From a virus (taxonomy: Duplodnaviria > Heunggongvirae > Uroviricota > Caudoviricetes), in the IMG/VR virus record IMGVR_UViG_2690316318_000017, positions 1 through 33,826 of that record: a stretch of DNA of 33,826 nt; one strand, written 5' to 3'. A model generated the notes under the pieces. The model ran no database searches. It was given only the letters and a program-made list of their open reading frames with translations, and was not told the DNA's origin. Positions 8,888 to 17,870 of this stretch are shown piece by piece. The first letter of the stretch is position 1. Each line of letters begins with the position of its first letter. The position numbers and the translations under genes are program-made.

Positions 8888-10309
8888 TTACAAAATCATG
8901 TCGATGCGACCGGCAAACACATGCAGGCCGTTAACCACGTCGGCAGGGATCGCGCAGTCCAGGCGATTTGCATCTTTCCCGTTTCGCTGAACGCGCAGTT
9001 TTGCCTTATTCGCTTCCACATTCTCCAGAATTTCAGACTCCTCCAGCTTGAGCAGCACGTCATACAGTTCGCTTTCCACTTTTGCGATGGTTCGGGTGCT
9101 GAGTTTTTCACGCGGGAAGCGAAGGCTGATACGTTCGCGGCACGCCTTGCGGGTGTAGTCCAGTGTTCTGATGGACGTGATATCCAGTAACGAGACATCA
9201 GCCACACCCTGAGCGTTCACCGTGTAGGTACTGACCGCACGCACAATCTGCACCGTATTACCCGGTCCAACCTCAACCGGTGTCAGGCCGTTATGCAGGG
9301 CGCTTTCCTGCTCGTTACGGCTTTCGCGCTGTGACATGGCGACCACATCCAGCCCGGACAGCGCCAGCGAGTTCAGCGGGCGTGCCGGGTCTTCTTCGCT
9401 CGCCATTACTGCGCCGTAGATGGCGGCCAGCACAGCAGGAAGCATCACAGAACCACGATACCAGGGGACAGACACGCGCCCGCTGTTCACACCGGCTGCC
9501 AGGGTGATCCCGTTTCCCAGACTACCTGTCCAGCCCGCACAACCAATCGCGCCACGCTGTTCCATCGCGTTCCCGGTTTTCTCCAGGTGCTGCTTCAGGG
9601 CGGCAAGGGCTGGCGTGGTACTGAACGGACAAATCAGAATGTTGTGACCGGCAGCAAAGACCGCATCAAGTGCGGGCTGAATATCCGGGTCCATTTCGCC
9701 GCTCGCCATCGGCGTGGTAGCCACTACAAGGCCGGTTGCAGTGGTGGATACCGACAGGGTGATATCATTCCCCCAGGTACCTTTGGTCCGGGCGGTCACT
9801 GTCAGTTGAGAGGTGTCAGATTTGTATTCCCCCGTGACCAGAAGCGATGGCGTCTGCGTCATTGCCGTCACCAGTGCCGGAATGATTTTCGACGGTTCAT
9901 CCCCGACGTCCACATTAATGGCGATCTGCTCGCCAGCAATCCATACCGACAGCGTACCGCTGCTGGTTGCAGTGCCGGTGACTTTAACTGCGCCTGTTGC
10001 TGCTTTTCCTGCACCACAGTCTGCAATACCGATAACATCCAGTTGCAGATAGCTGTTGGCGTTAATGGCCGCGCGCGCCATTGCTGCGGCCAGTGAACCG
10101 GCCCCGAAATACAAATCCGCTTCGTCTTCGGAATACACAGAAACCGCATTCAGGGGGGTGGCGGTGCCATCAGGCAGCATCGGGCCAATCACCAGAACAC
10201 GCTGTTCGTTACCCGGCAACGTGTTAACGGCCAGCCGGGTATTAAACTCAAAATGCACACCGGGCTTACGGATACTGCCCGAAATGGTGTCAAACTGAAT
10301 TTCACTCAT
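8888..10309 (-). CDS. Contractile tail sheath protein
   Basis: 473 aa ORF upstream of tube; size and position of Mu L-type sheath. Confidence 0.75.
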   Translation of the reverse strand: MSEIQFDTISGSIRKPGVHFEFNTRLAVNTLPGNEQRVLVIGPMLPDGTATPLNAVSVYSEDEADLYFGAGSLAAAMARAAINANSYLQLDVIGIADCGAGKAATGAVKVTGTATSSGTLSVWIAGEQIAINVDVGDEPSKIIPALVTAMTQTPSLLVTGEYKSDTSQLTVTARTKGTWGNDITLSVSTTATGLVVATTPMASGEMDPDIQPALDAVFAAGHNILICPFSTTPALAALKQHLEKTGNAMEQRGAIGCAGWTGSLGNGITLAAGVNSGRVSVPWYRGSVMLPAVLAAIYGAVMASEEDPARPLNSLALSGLDVVAMSQRESRNEQESALHNGLTPVEVGPGNTVQIVRAVSTYTVNAQGVADVSLLDITSIRTLDYTRKACRERISLRFPREKLSTRTIAKVESELYDVLLKLEESEILENVEANKAKLRVQRNGKDANRLDCAIPADVVNGLHVFAGRIDMIL

Positions 10310-10535
10310 CGGAGCCCACCTGTTTCTCTTTCTTCACCTTCGCTTTTTCTGGTCCGGTGTCCTGTTCTGCCGTTTCAGGCTCTTCAGCCACCAGAATCAG
10401 GTCACCATCCTGAACAGCGCGCCGGTAATAAGCGGTGTTTTCAACGATCACCGCTTCCGTGGTGATGTATTTCCGGGCGTTATCCTCCATCGGGAACTTC
10501 ATCCCGGGAGCCGCCTTAACCTTCATTTTGTTCAT
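10302..10535 (-). CDS. Small virion-associated protein (Mu gp38 position)
   Basis: 77 aa ORF with overlapping start/stop to both neighbours. Confidence 0.35.
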   Translation of the reverse strand: MNKMKVKAAPGMKFPMEDNARKYITTEAVIVENTAYYRRAVQDGDLILVAEEPETAEQDTGPEKAKVKKEKQVGSDE

Positions 10536-11097
10536 GCTGTTGCTCTCTTAATTCATCCAGACCACAGATATCTGCGCCGTATTGCGTACCAATTCGCAGT
10601 AAATCCGGGGCGGGGTCTGACAGACGGCCGTGGTAACGGTTGAAAGCCATATCCGCTTCTGCACCGCGCTCCGGCCATTTGCCGTTCTCCAGCGCGTGCT
10701 CCACCCAGCGGGTATCAAACTCACAGGCAAACACGGACATTGCCCGCTCTGCCACGCCGGTGTTAAACAGCGTCCTGACACGCCCGGGTTCGAAATAATC
10801 AATCTCCAGCCCCAAATCCTGACCGGTCAGCAGGCGACGGACGGATTCAACCAGCAGGTTTGTACCGACCTCATCCCGGACGGTGCCTCCCTGTCTGGCG
10901 CTCTGTTCGCTGCGGGTGTTGTAATCACCCACCACAACCACAAAGCGTCCGGTGGCAATGTATTTCTGGCGTGACGTAGAATAGCGTTCGGTTTTCGCGA
11001 TGCCGCCGAACGTCACCCAGGCTGCCGGAAGGCTGCGAACAATCCGGCCCGGGTCTTCATCCAGTTCACCGGCATAGGTGCGGACTTCCCGCACCAT
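10516..11097 (-). CDS. Tail completion / virion morphogenesis protein (Mu gp37-like)
   Basis: 193 aa ORF between head and sheath genes. Confidence 0.45.
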   Translation of the reverse strand: MVREVRTYAGELDEDPGRIVRSLPAAWVTFGGIAKTERYSTSRQKYIATGRFVVVVGDYNTRSEQSARQGGTVRDEVGTNLLVESVRRLLTGQDLGLEIDYFEPGRVRTLFNTGVAERAMSVFACEFDTRWVEHALENGKWPERGAEADMAFNRYHGRLSDPAPDLLRIGTQYGADICGLDELREQQHEQNEG

Positions 11098-11150
11098 TTT
11101 CCCCAGACCACAACGCAGACGTTCAACCAGCGCCCGTTCAATTTCAGTAA

Positions 11151-11582
11151 TCAGAATGCACCTCCCCGCGTGGACTCACGCCCGAACTGACGGGAGCCGG
11201 AGCGGATACGCACCTGTGACGATGACGGGATCACGCTGCCGGACGTATCCCGCCCGAGGTTGATTTGTCCTGCCGCGACTTTCTCCAGAAAGCGGATGGC
11301 GTCCCGGTAGCGCATCTGAATTTCTTCTGAGCAGATACGGTAATCGGTCGCCAGGTGATAACGGGCGATATCGCAGCAGTAACCCACCAGAATCCCCGGG
11401 CTGTCAGGCCACGGGGTCCGGTAACGCCCCACCAGATAGCCATCAATCTGGGCACTGGCACGCGCAAGCGCGGAGGCCAGCTTTTCCTCGTTGATAAGCC
11501 CGGTCATCTCTTCATCCGTCAGTGTGCACGCCTCGCGTTCACTGAACGCCCTGATGAACTGTTCCGGTGTGGCGTAAGACAT
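11151..11582 (-). CDS. Head-tail joining protein (Mu gp36-like)
   Basis: 143 aa ORF downstream of the major head gene. Confidence 0.45.
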   Translation of the reverse strand: MSYATPEQFIRAFSEREACTLTDEEMTGLINEEKLASALARASAQIDGYLVGRYRTPWPDSPGILVGYCCDIARYHLATDYRICSEEIQMRYRDAIRFLEKVAAGQINLGRDTSGSVIPSSSQVRIRSGSRQFGRESTRGGAF

Positions 11583-11585
11583 GGG

Positions 11586-11927
11586 TTACTTCTCCTTTTT
11601 CTCCGCTTTTTGTGTTTTCTGTGCGGCGTTCAGCTGTGCGGTCAGTTCACTGACTTTCTGGCGTTCTTCTTCCAGCTGCGCCGTCAGTTCGCTGACTTTC
11701 TGACGTTCGGCATCCAGCTGTGCGGCCAGTTCATCACCCCGGACCGCGTCGTTCTGACCGGACGCTTTATCGCGCTCCACCACAATCAGCATGGGGTCAG
11801 CCTTCAGCACCGCCAGCTGTTCCGGGGTGAACGCATCCACAGGCCATGCCTTCGTGGTTGCGCTGTGTGCCACACCGCAGCGGCGAAAACCCTCGCGGCG
11901 GGAGGTAATTTCAATCACCTTTTCCAT
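11586..11927 (-). CDS. Mu gp35-like protein with C-terminal coiled-coil repeats
   Basis: 113 aa ORF; C-terminal half has tandem 14-aa repeats (ERQKVSELTAQLEE / ERQKVSELTAQLNA) encoded by a 42-bp DNA repeat. Confidence 0.45.
   Translation of the reverse strand: MEKVIEITSRREGFRRCGVAHSATTKAWPVDAFTPEQLAVLKADPMLIVVERDKASGQNDAVRGDELAAQLDAERQKVSELTAQLEEERQKVSELTAQLNAAQKTQKAEKKEK
11632..11740. repeat. 42-bp tandem repeat (~2.5 copies) inside the gp35-like gene
   Basis: CAGCTGTGCGGTCAGTTCACTGACTTTCTGGCGTTC and CAGCTGCGCCGTCAGTTCGCTGACTTTCTGACGTTC with a partial third copy, period 42 bp. Confidence 0.7.
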
Positions 11928-11930
11928 GCA

Positions 11931-12881
11931 TTACTCCGTCGTACCATCAGAACCAAATGCCATCTGCCAGAAGCCGTAACCGCCGTTACAGCGCGCTTCG
12001 GCACCAAACAGGAACTTCTTACGCTTGAACACGTTGTCGCTGTTGTAGTCCGTCTGCTCCACAAAAACAGGCTTTTTACGCAGCTGATAAATCAGCGGTT
12101 TCACCGGTTTGGTGGTGTCAAACAGGAACCACGCAGAATCCGACGCCAGCTCCGGCATCACCAGCACGTCGGCGGTACTGCGGTACGGGTTCGGCGTACT
12201 GTCCGGGAACTTCTCGGCGGTCATCAGGTAGTTCGCGTCATCTTCCAGCGCCGGTGGCACAACCAGCAGATTCGGGCGAATTTTGAGGGATGCGCCTTCG
12301 TCATCTTTCAGGCTGCGCATGGCAGTACGGGCGGCACCGTAGGAGGCTTTCGCCTCGGCAAGCGAGCCAACTTTGAGTTTTTTGGTGCCTTTATTGGACA
12401 CAGATTTACCGGCGACCAGGTGGTCGGTATCAAAGAACATCTGGCCGTCGTAACAGGGATTGGTAAAACCGTTACTGATAAGGGACGCCACAATATCTGC
12501 CGGGAGTTCTGCCGCCGACTGTCCGGCTCCTTTTGCCTGAAGGGCATAGCCCATAATCTGGTCGTCCTCGATGTCGTTACGATCGACTTCAACCGTGGCT
12601 TCCCAGTCCTTGTTACGGATGGTGTAGTTAAATGCCGCCAGTGATTTAACGACCTTGTCGCCAATCCACTCGCGCATTTTCGGGAAACGACTTAACCAGC
12701 TGTAGTCGTTTTCCTTGCCGTTTGATGGCACTTCCATTGCCACCTTCTGCCAGTCAGTTGGCGACTGGTCGAAGGCTTTCTGGAAGGTGGCCTTCAGATT
12801 GATAAAAATCTGTTTGACGTTTTTAACGTTGACTAACACGTTTTGCTCCTTAACTGAAATGAACCCAGACGCCATCGCCAC
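11931..12881 (-). CDS. Major head (capsid) subunit, Mu T-like
   Basis: 316 aa ORF downstream of the protease/scaffold gene in the head block. Confidence 0.7.
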   Translation of the reverse strand: MAMASGFISVKEQNVLVNVKNVKQIFINLKATFQKAFDQSPTDWQKVAMEVPSNGKENDYSWLSRFPKMREWIGDKVVKSLAAFNYTIRNKDWEATVEVDRNDIEDDQIMGYALQAKGAGQSAAELPADIVASLISNGFTNPCYDGQMFFDTDHLVAGKSVSNKGTKKLKVGSLAEAKASYGAARTAMRSLKDDEGASLKIRPNLLVVPPALEDDANYLMTAEKFPDSTPNPYRSTADVLVMPELASDSAWFLFDTTKPVKPLIYQLRKKPVFVEQTDYNSDNVFKRKKFLFGAEARCNGGYGFWQMAFGSDGTTE

Positions 12882-13245
12882 AGATGCCGATCACTTTCCC
12901 GGCGACAGGACGGGCGCTGCTGTTGTCGGTTTTTGCCACGGTTACGCTGTCTTCCACGTAGCACAGCTTGCCGACCTGCGATTGTGTGACCGGGTCTGAG
13001 GTGCTGTTCACCATCAGAAAATCTTTGCCGCAACGCACCAGAACGGTGACATCGCCATCGCTGCCGGTACTGTTATCCGCCCAGCCATCAGACACGCCCA
13101 GCGTAATCTGTGAGGCCGTGGCACTGGCCGGAACGGCATAACCGGATGCGTTAACGGCCACCATATGACCACCAAAAATTTCGGTCGCAGCGGCAACCGG
13201 CACCGGGTTCAGTTCGCCGTCACGGTAGGGGGTATTGCGATCCAT
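12850..13245 (-). CDS. Hypothetical head-region protein (between protease/scaffold and major head genes)
   Basis: 131 aa Gly/Val/Ser-rich ORF overlapping the listed start of the head gene. Confidence 0.35.
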   Translation of the reverse strand: MDRNTPYRDGELNPVPVAAATEIFGGHMVAVNASGYAVPASATASQITLGVSDGWADNSTGSDGDVTVLVRCGKDFLMVNSTSDPVTQSQVGKLCYVEDSVTVAKTDNSSARPVAGKVIGICGDGVWVHFS

Positions 13246-14415
13246 TTACTCATCTCCTGCGTAACGGGCGACATCCTCTGGATCGACGCCCATCATTGAA
13301 CAAATGGCGATATCGACATCGACGTCATCGCCGGTTTTAATCTGCGCCGGGGCAGGCGACGGCGTTTTGGGTGGTTTGCCGCCGGTCTGGGTGCTGCTGA
13401 GTGCGGCAAGCGGGGTGGTTTTATCCAGCCAGGTTTTAAAACCGTTGATATCGCGACGAGCGTAATCTTTCGCCCAGTCTTCCAGCGTCGGAAGCAGTCG
13501 TCCGTCAGACAGCGCCGCCTGAATCAGTGCCCCGGCTTCGGCCTCACCGGACTGTTGCGCCAGTGCGGCATAACGCCCCTGAAGTTCTTCATATGCCGTC
13601 AGAGGGATATGCTTCGTCGGGTCATAGGCATTTGCTGACAGGCTGGCGATTTGCTCGTCTTTCTGATTCAGCAGGGTCAGCAGACCAACAGAAGCCGCTG
13701 CCGTTCCTTTGCCACCAGAGACAGCATCAATAATTTTTTGCAGCTCTGCGCAGACTTCCTCTTCGGTTGAGGTTTCCGGCAGCGTCAGCAGCCAGCGTAA
13801 CTGTGCGAGTAAATTTGCTAATTGTTCCGGGTTCACGGTTTTGGTCTCCGTTTCAGTTGACAGACTCGCCAGACGGCTGGCCGCAGCCAGCATGACCGCG
13901 TCCATACCGTCCAGCGCAGGGGTATTGGTCAGCGCAGCATGTAACAGCTCCAGCACTTCGCCGCGCTTGTTGTAGGCAAAAACAGGGGAAATAAACTTGT
14001 ACTCACCGGCGGCAATCATGGCCGCCGCGTTCTCCGTCCACTCCACACCGGTGGCATACAGGCCCACACCTTCACGCCATTCCACCTGGCTGAACCAGCC
14101 CGCCGCCGGGGCGGGCTTGCCGTTGTTTACGGCGCGCAGCGTCTGATGTTCGTAATCAATGACAAAAGGCGTGGTACGGGCTGCCACCTGGGCGACAAGC
14201 TGCGCGGCCAGTTCAGCGGTCAGTACCCATTTACCGCTTTCGACTTCATCGGTATGTGGGCGACCATCAACCGCACTGAACTCGCCTGCCGGAAACAGCT
14301 GGATTTCGCTGTGGGTTGCTTTAGTAATTTCGAGGCTTAATGCCGCAATGTTCATCTTCATACGCGGCATGATGACGAAAGGGGAACACGGGGTACTGTT
14401 GAGGGTGTTCAGCAC
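13246..14415 (-). CDS. Head protease / scaffold protein, Mu I-like
   Basis: 389 aa ORF with Ala/Glu-rich scaffold-like C-terminal half; listed start is a GTG inside the conserved upstream motif, so the true start is probably the ATG near 14370. Confidence 0.65.
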   Translation of the reverse strand: MLNTLNSTPCSPFVIMPRMKMNIAALSLEITKATHSEIQLFPAGEFSAVDGRPHTDEVESGKWVLTAELAAQLVAQVAARTTPFVIDYEHQTLRAVNNGKPAPAAGWFSQVEWREGVGLYATGVEWTENAAAMIAAGEYKFISPVFAYNKRGEVLELLHAALTNTPALDGMDAVMLAAASRLASLSTETETKTVNPEQLANLLAQLRWLLTLPETSTEEEVCAELQKIIDAVSGGKGTAAASVGLLTLLNQKDEQIASLSANAYDPTKHIPLTAYEELQGRYAALAQQSGEAEAGALIQAALSDGRLLPTLEDWAKDYARRDINGFKTWLDKTTPLAALSSTQTGGKPPKTPSPAPAQIKTGDDVDVDIAICSMMGVDPEDVARYAGDE

Positions 14416-14417
14416 CC
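14391..14417 (-). promoter_or_regulatory. Conserved dyad motif copy 2 (candidate late promoter/activator site upstream of protease/scaffold gene)
   Basis: Plus-strand GGGTACTGTTGAGGGTGTTCAGCACCC, core GGGTG-N5-CACCC, 25/27 identical to copy 3. Confidence 0.45.
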
Positions 14418-14455
14418 GGCCATAACGGGAAAGGATAAAAGGGGAAATAAAACCG

Positions 14456-14480
14456 TTTTTAAAACCCTTTTAAAAACGAT
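14456..14480. other. AT-rich perfect palindrome in the central G-I intergenic region
   Basis: CGTTTTTAAAA-CCC-TTTTAAAAACG: 11-bp perfect inverted repeat with 3-bp spacer in the ~155-200 bp gap between the G-like and I-like genes. Confidence 0.5.
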
Positions 14481-14570
14481 TCTGACGGCATTTACGGGGT
14501 GCGGTGCTGTAATGCCTCATCCGTGAGGCGTTTATGTCGTCAGAGTCGATTACAGCGCGTTTGTGGTCAT

Positions 14571-15122
14571 TCAGTCAATCACACGCGCAAAATAGCGGTT
14601 TGCGGTGTTCTCCAGCTCGTCGATGTCGTCCTGCACAAGCTGAAGGAAGGGGCGCGCGGGCATGTTGACCGTATACGCTCCCACTGTTGCGCTCTGCACA
14701 AAATTACTGTTGCGCTTTTTCACAAAGCGGGTGCTGACGCTGCCGTTTTTGTACTGTTTAAAATACAGGTTCTGCGTCCGTGCCTGATGGCGGATTTCGC
14801 CCCCTTCGTTGTGGATACGGGCGTAACGGACGTTTGTCCCGACCGTGGCCTCGTTATTGTTAACCGCAGAGCGGATACTGGCAGCCAGTCGCCCGGACTT
14901 CTGAAGGATTTGCCCGGGGCCGCGTCGCTTCGCATAAGCCGGACTCCAGCCCATCCATTTCGGGCGACCCTGTTGTTCCAGGTTAGTCTCAACCGCATCC
15001 AGCATGGAACCCGCAAGCGCCGTCATCAGGTCGCGCCGGTCCTTCACGGAACGAATCAGTTTCCCCAGCGTGGTGTTATACGCGCTTAAATCAATCTTAA
15101 TATCCAGTTTACCGCTGCTCAT
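14571..15122 (-). CDS. Virion morphogenesis protein, Mu G-like
   Basis: 183 aa ORF downstream of the F-like gene with 4-nt overlap. Confidence 0.55.
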   Translation of the reverse strand: MSSGKLDIKIDLSAYNTTLGKLIRSVKDRRDLMTALAGSMLDAVETNLEQQGRPKWMGWSPAYAKRRGPGQILQKSGRLAASIRSAVNNNEATVGTNVRYARIHNEGGEIRHQARTQNLYFKQYKNGSVSTRFVKKRNSNFVQSATVGAYTVNMPARPFLQLVQDDIDELENTANRYFARVID

Positions 15123-16285
15123 GATGCCTCCGGGGTGTCCTGCATAACCCAGTCTGTCAGCACGTCATCCTCAACCGTCACCACCGACCAGCGGTCGCCC
15201 GACTGTAACGCATACCGCCACGCGTTACCGTCCTGCGTGACATGCTCCGCCCGTTCGATGGTCTGCTGCATCAGCACATAGTCGGCGGCGGTCGGGGGCG
15301 TGTCTGTTGCACTGAGGCGCTTCATAACGTCAGCCGTAAGGTTTACCGTCTGCCGTGCAGCACCCGTGGCGGCGACCTGTTCCGCTGAACGGATGGCCAG
15401 CGGATATCGCTGGCGCGCATCCAGTTCGCTGACGTTCGCCAGCCCCCGTGCAAAATCCGGCCCGGTCAGGGTGCCGGTAACATACTGGCGGGCACTGCGG
15501 TAATCGTATTTTTCCGGTTCCGGCTGCCATGCCACCCGACCGGGATTAAATCCGAAGCCCGGGTCGGCGGTATACACGGAACCGTCCGGCATCTTCAGCC
15601 CCATTGTTCTGATGGTCTGGCCCGGCTGGCCATATTCCTGTTCAACCTCAACCAGTCGCCCCTCGCTGCTCTGCACCGTCAGGCCATATTTCTCCACATC
15701 AGACGCCGAACGCGCCCGGATACGGCAGCGGCATCCGTACCCGTCAGGCGCGTAGAAATACTCCCAGACCGGGTCATCCGCCCGGGCGGTAAAACCGTTC
15801 AGGGCGGCGTGTTTCGGGCGGGTGTGAAGGTCCATCACCGCCACGCGCTCAAAATAAGGCCGGTCAGCCACGTTCGCTATCTGCTGCTGATAACGTCCGG
15901 CGTTGTATGACGACTGAATATTGGTATCAAATATCGTGCGCAACCGGCGCGGCGTCAGCTGTCTGCCGTGCAGTTCGCCGGTGTCCTCGTCCACAATCAG
16001 TTTTTTACCCAGCCAGCCTTTTGATTCCAGCAGTGGTTCCAGTTGTGCAGCAAACTCCCGGAACGTCCCGCCGTCAGCCAGTGCCGCCGTCAGGCCATCA
16101 CGGATATCCTTCAGCACATCCAGTTTCAGCACACCCGCCACCGTGAACGCCCGGGCGTTTGCAATATCCTTCACATCGTGCCAGCGGAAGCCGATAACGT
16201 ATCCCTTGCTTTCGAAATACTTAATCGCTTCTTCCGGCTTCAGGGTGTACGCATATCCCAGGTCAACATCGTCAGCTGTCGGCAT
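15119..16285 (-). CDS. Head morphogenesis protein, Mu F-like
   Basis: 388 aa ORF immediately downstream of the portal gene. Confidence 0.6.
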   Translation of the reverse strand: MPTADDVDLGYAYTLKPEEAIKYFESKGYVIGFRWHDVKDIANARAFTVAGVLKLDVLKDIRDGLTAALADGGTFREFAAQLEPLLESKGWLGKKLIVDEDTGELHGRQLTPRRLRTIFDTNIQSSYNAGRYQQQIANVADRPYFERVAVMDLHTRPKHAALNGFTARADDPVWEYFYAPDGYGCRCRIRARSASDVEKYGLTVQSSEGRLVEVEQEYGQPGQTIRTMGLKMPDGSVYTADPGFGFNPGRVAWQPEPEKYDYRSARQYVTGTLTGPDFARGLANVSELDARQRYPLAIRSAEQVAATGAARQTVNLTADVMKRLSATDTPPTAADYVLMQQTIERAEHVTQDGNAWRYALQSGDRWSVVTVEDDVLTDWVMQDTPEAS

Positions 16286-17867
16286 TCAGTCGCCCCCAGA
16301 TATCCGCCACAAAGAATGCCTGCGTCAGCAACTGCCGCAGCGTGTCATCCGGCAGTTCCGGCCACGCTTCCGCCAGTACATTCATGGCCTCGTCTGCATC
16401 CCGGCCTTCCTGTATGGCCTGCACCAGTGGGGCCACCAGTTCGTTCATCCCCTGCGCGATGGCCTCTGCCGGAAGCTCTGCCCGGTCGATGGCGCGCTGT
16501 GCCGGGTCGTCCTCCCCGTTGTCCTGCTGACTGAGCGCGGCAACATTCAGCCGCTCACGCAGCTGGCTGAGGCCCGCCTGCACAGGGAGATGCTGTGCCA
16601 CCGGCACCAGTACCTCTTCGCCGTCTTTCGGGGTGGGGATACCGGTTTTTTTGCGTACCCACGACACAGGGATATCCTTCATCCCCACATTGTTGACCAG
16701 CACGTTGACGGCTTCTGCCACGCCCTTAATGTCGGCTTCCTGCTGCACATCAAACACCAGACGCGGCAGACGGCGTGGCGGGATATCCTGCCAGCCGTTC
16801 AGGCTGGCCATCATCTGTATCAGGCTGCTGAACATGCCGGACAGCTGGCGAGCATCGGCGGCCAGAATGTCGCGCCGGACCTCGTTATGCACATTACCCA
16901 GCGCGTTGGTGGAGGTTTTACCGTCAGCCTGGCTGGTCAGCGTACTGCCCAGAATCACTTTTGAGGTGGTACGCTCCGCCCATTCCACCATCGACATGAA
17001 CGCCTCCGGCCCGCCGGACGCGGCTTCCTTGAACTCGATTTCGTTACCCTGCGGCAGGGCTGCCACCGCTTCATGGCCCAGATTGACCAGGGCTTCAAGA
17101 ATGTTGTCCCGGTCCTCGTCACTGGTGCCCTGTGCATAGTACGCAATGCGCGCCGGAAGGCCGTAAATCTCCAGAAATTCTGCCATATCACGCAGCGCAA
17201 AGTTTTTGAACAGATACGGCCAGACCAGTACACGAAACAGACCAGACGAACCCAGGAACCCCGACCGGGCGTTGTAACGGTGAACCAGCCAGCCGAACGG
17301 CCACAGCGCGGAACCGTCTTTACCATCTTCCCCACGATTGCCGTCATCCAGCCGGAGTTCGTCATTGTGTTCCGGCAGGGTAATAAACCAGTTATGCGGT
17401 CGCAGCGTCACCGCATCCGGTAACCACGTTTTATCCACGAACGCCCAGCTGATTTCCTGACAGCTGAAGCCGTAACCGACACTGGTCATCCCGTTGAGGA
17501 TGATGTCCTCCATGTCCGGGATACCGTGCAGCCATTCATCCACGGCGGCGGCCAGCTCCTTTTCTGCCTTCGAGGCATTGCGGGGTGGCTCCACCGACCA
17601 GTCCAGCGTCAGCAACGCTTTTTTGCGCTTTTCCATCTCGGCGAACAGATGACCATCACGTTCTTCCATATCCGCAAACAGCATCGCCTGCGCCGGAAGA
17701 TAACCGCGCTCGGCAGCTTCCAGAATGCGCGGCAGTTTTCTGATGTTCAGACCACGGGACGGGTGGTCGGGATAAATGCGCAGCCGTTCCGCCACTCTGA
17801 CCGACTGCGTGGTTTTGAGTGCCTCACGTTTCAGCGGGCGTCCGTAAATATCAACAAGCTGTGCCAT
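16272..17867 (-). CDS. Portal protein (Mu gp29/H-like)
   Basis: 531 aa ORF directly downstream of the terminase large subunit. Confidence 0.75.
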   Translation of the reverse strand: MAQLVDIYGRPLKREALKTTQSVRVAERLRIYPDHPSRGLNIRKLPRILEAAERGYLPAQAMLFADMEERDGHLFAEMEKRKKALLTLDWSVEPPRNASKAEKELAAAVDEWLHGIPDMEDIILNGMTSVGYGFSCQEISWAFVDKTWLPDAVTLRPHNWFITLPEHNDELRLDDGNRGEDGKDGSALWPFGWLVHRYNARSGFLGSSGLFRVLVWPYLFKNFALRDMAEFLEIYGLPARIAYYAQGTSDEDRDNILEALVNLGHEAVAALPQGNEIEFKEAASGGPEAFMSMVEWAERTTSKVILGSTLTSQADGKTSTNALGNVHNEVRRDILAADARQLSGMFSSLIQMMASLNGWQDIPPRRLPRLVFDVQQEADIKGVAEAVNVLVNNVGMKDIPVSWVRKKTGIPTPKDGEEVLVPVAQHLPVQAGLSQLRERLNVAALSQQDNGEDDPAQRAIDRAELPAEAIAQGMNELVAPLVQAIQEGRDADEAMNVLAEAWPELPDDTLRQLLTQAFFVADIWGRLNADS

Positions 17868-17870
17868 TAA

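Noticed and set aside
8896-9207. Minus-strand 103 aa ORF inside the sheath gene; likewise 12308-12664, 12833-13033, 14720-15016, 16955-17365, 18257-18532
   Set aside because: Alternative-frame ORFs wholly embedded in longer, better-supported genes on the same strand; no independent start signals.
11355-12644. Long plus-strand ORF (429 aa) antisense to the major head and neighbouring genes; similar long plus-strand ORFs at 15921-16964, 17928-18572, 19489-20055, 9587-10096, 3231-3899 and 2236-2742
   Set aside because: All lie entirely inside well-supported minus-strand structural genes, are Arg/Cys/His-rich low-complexity translations typical of shadow ORFs in GC-rich DNA, and have no start context.
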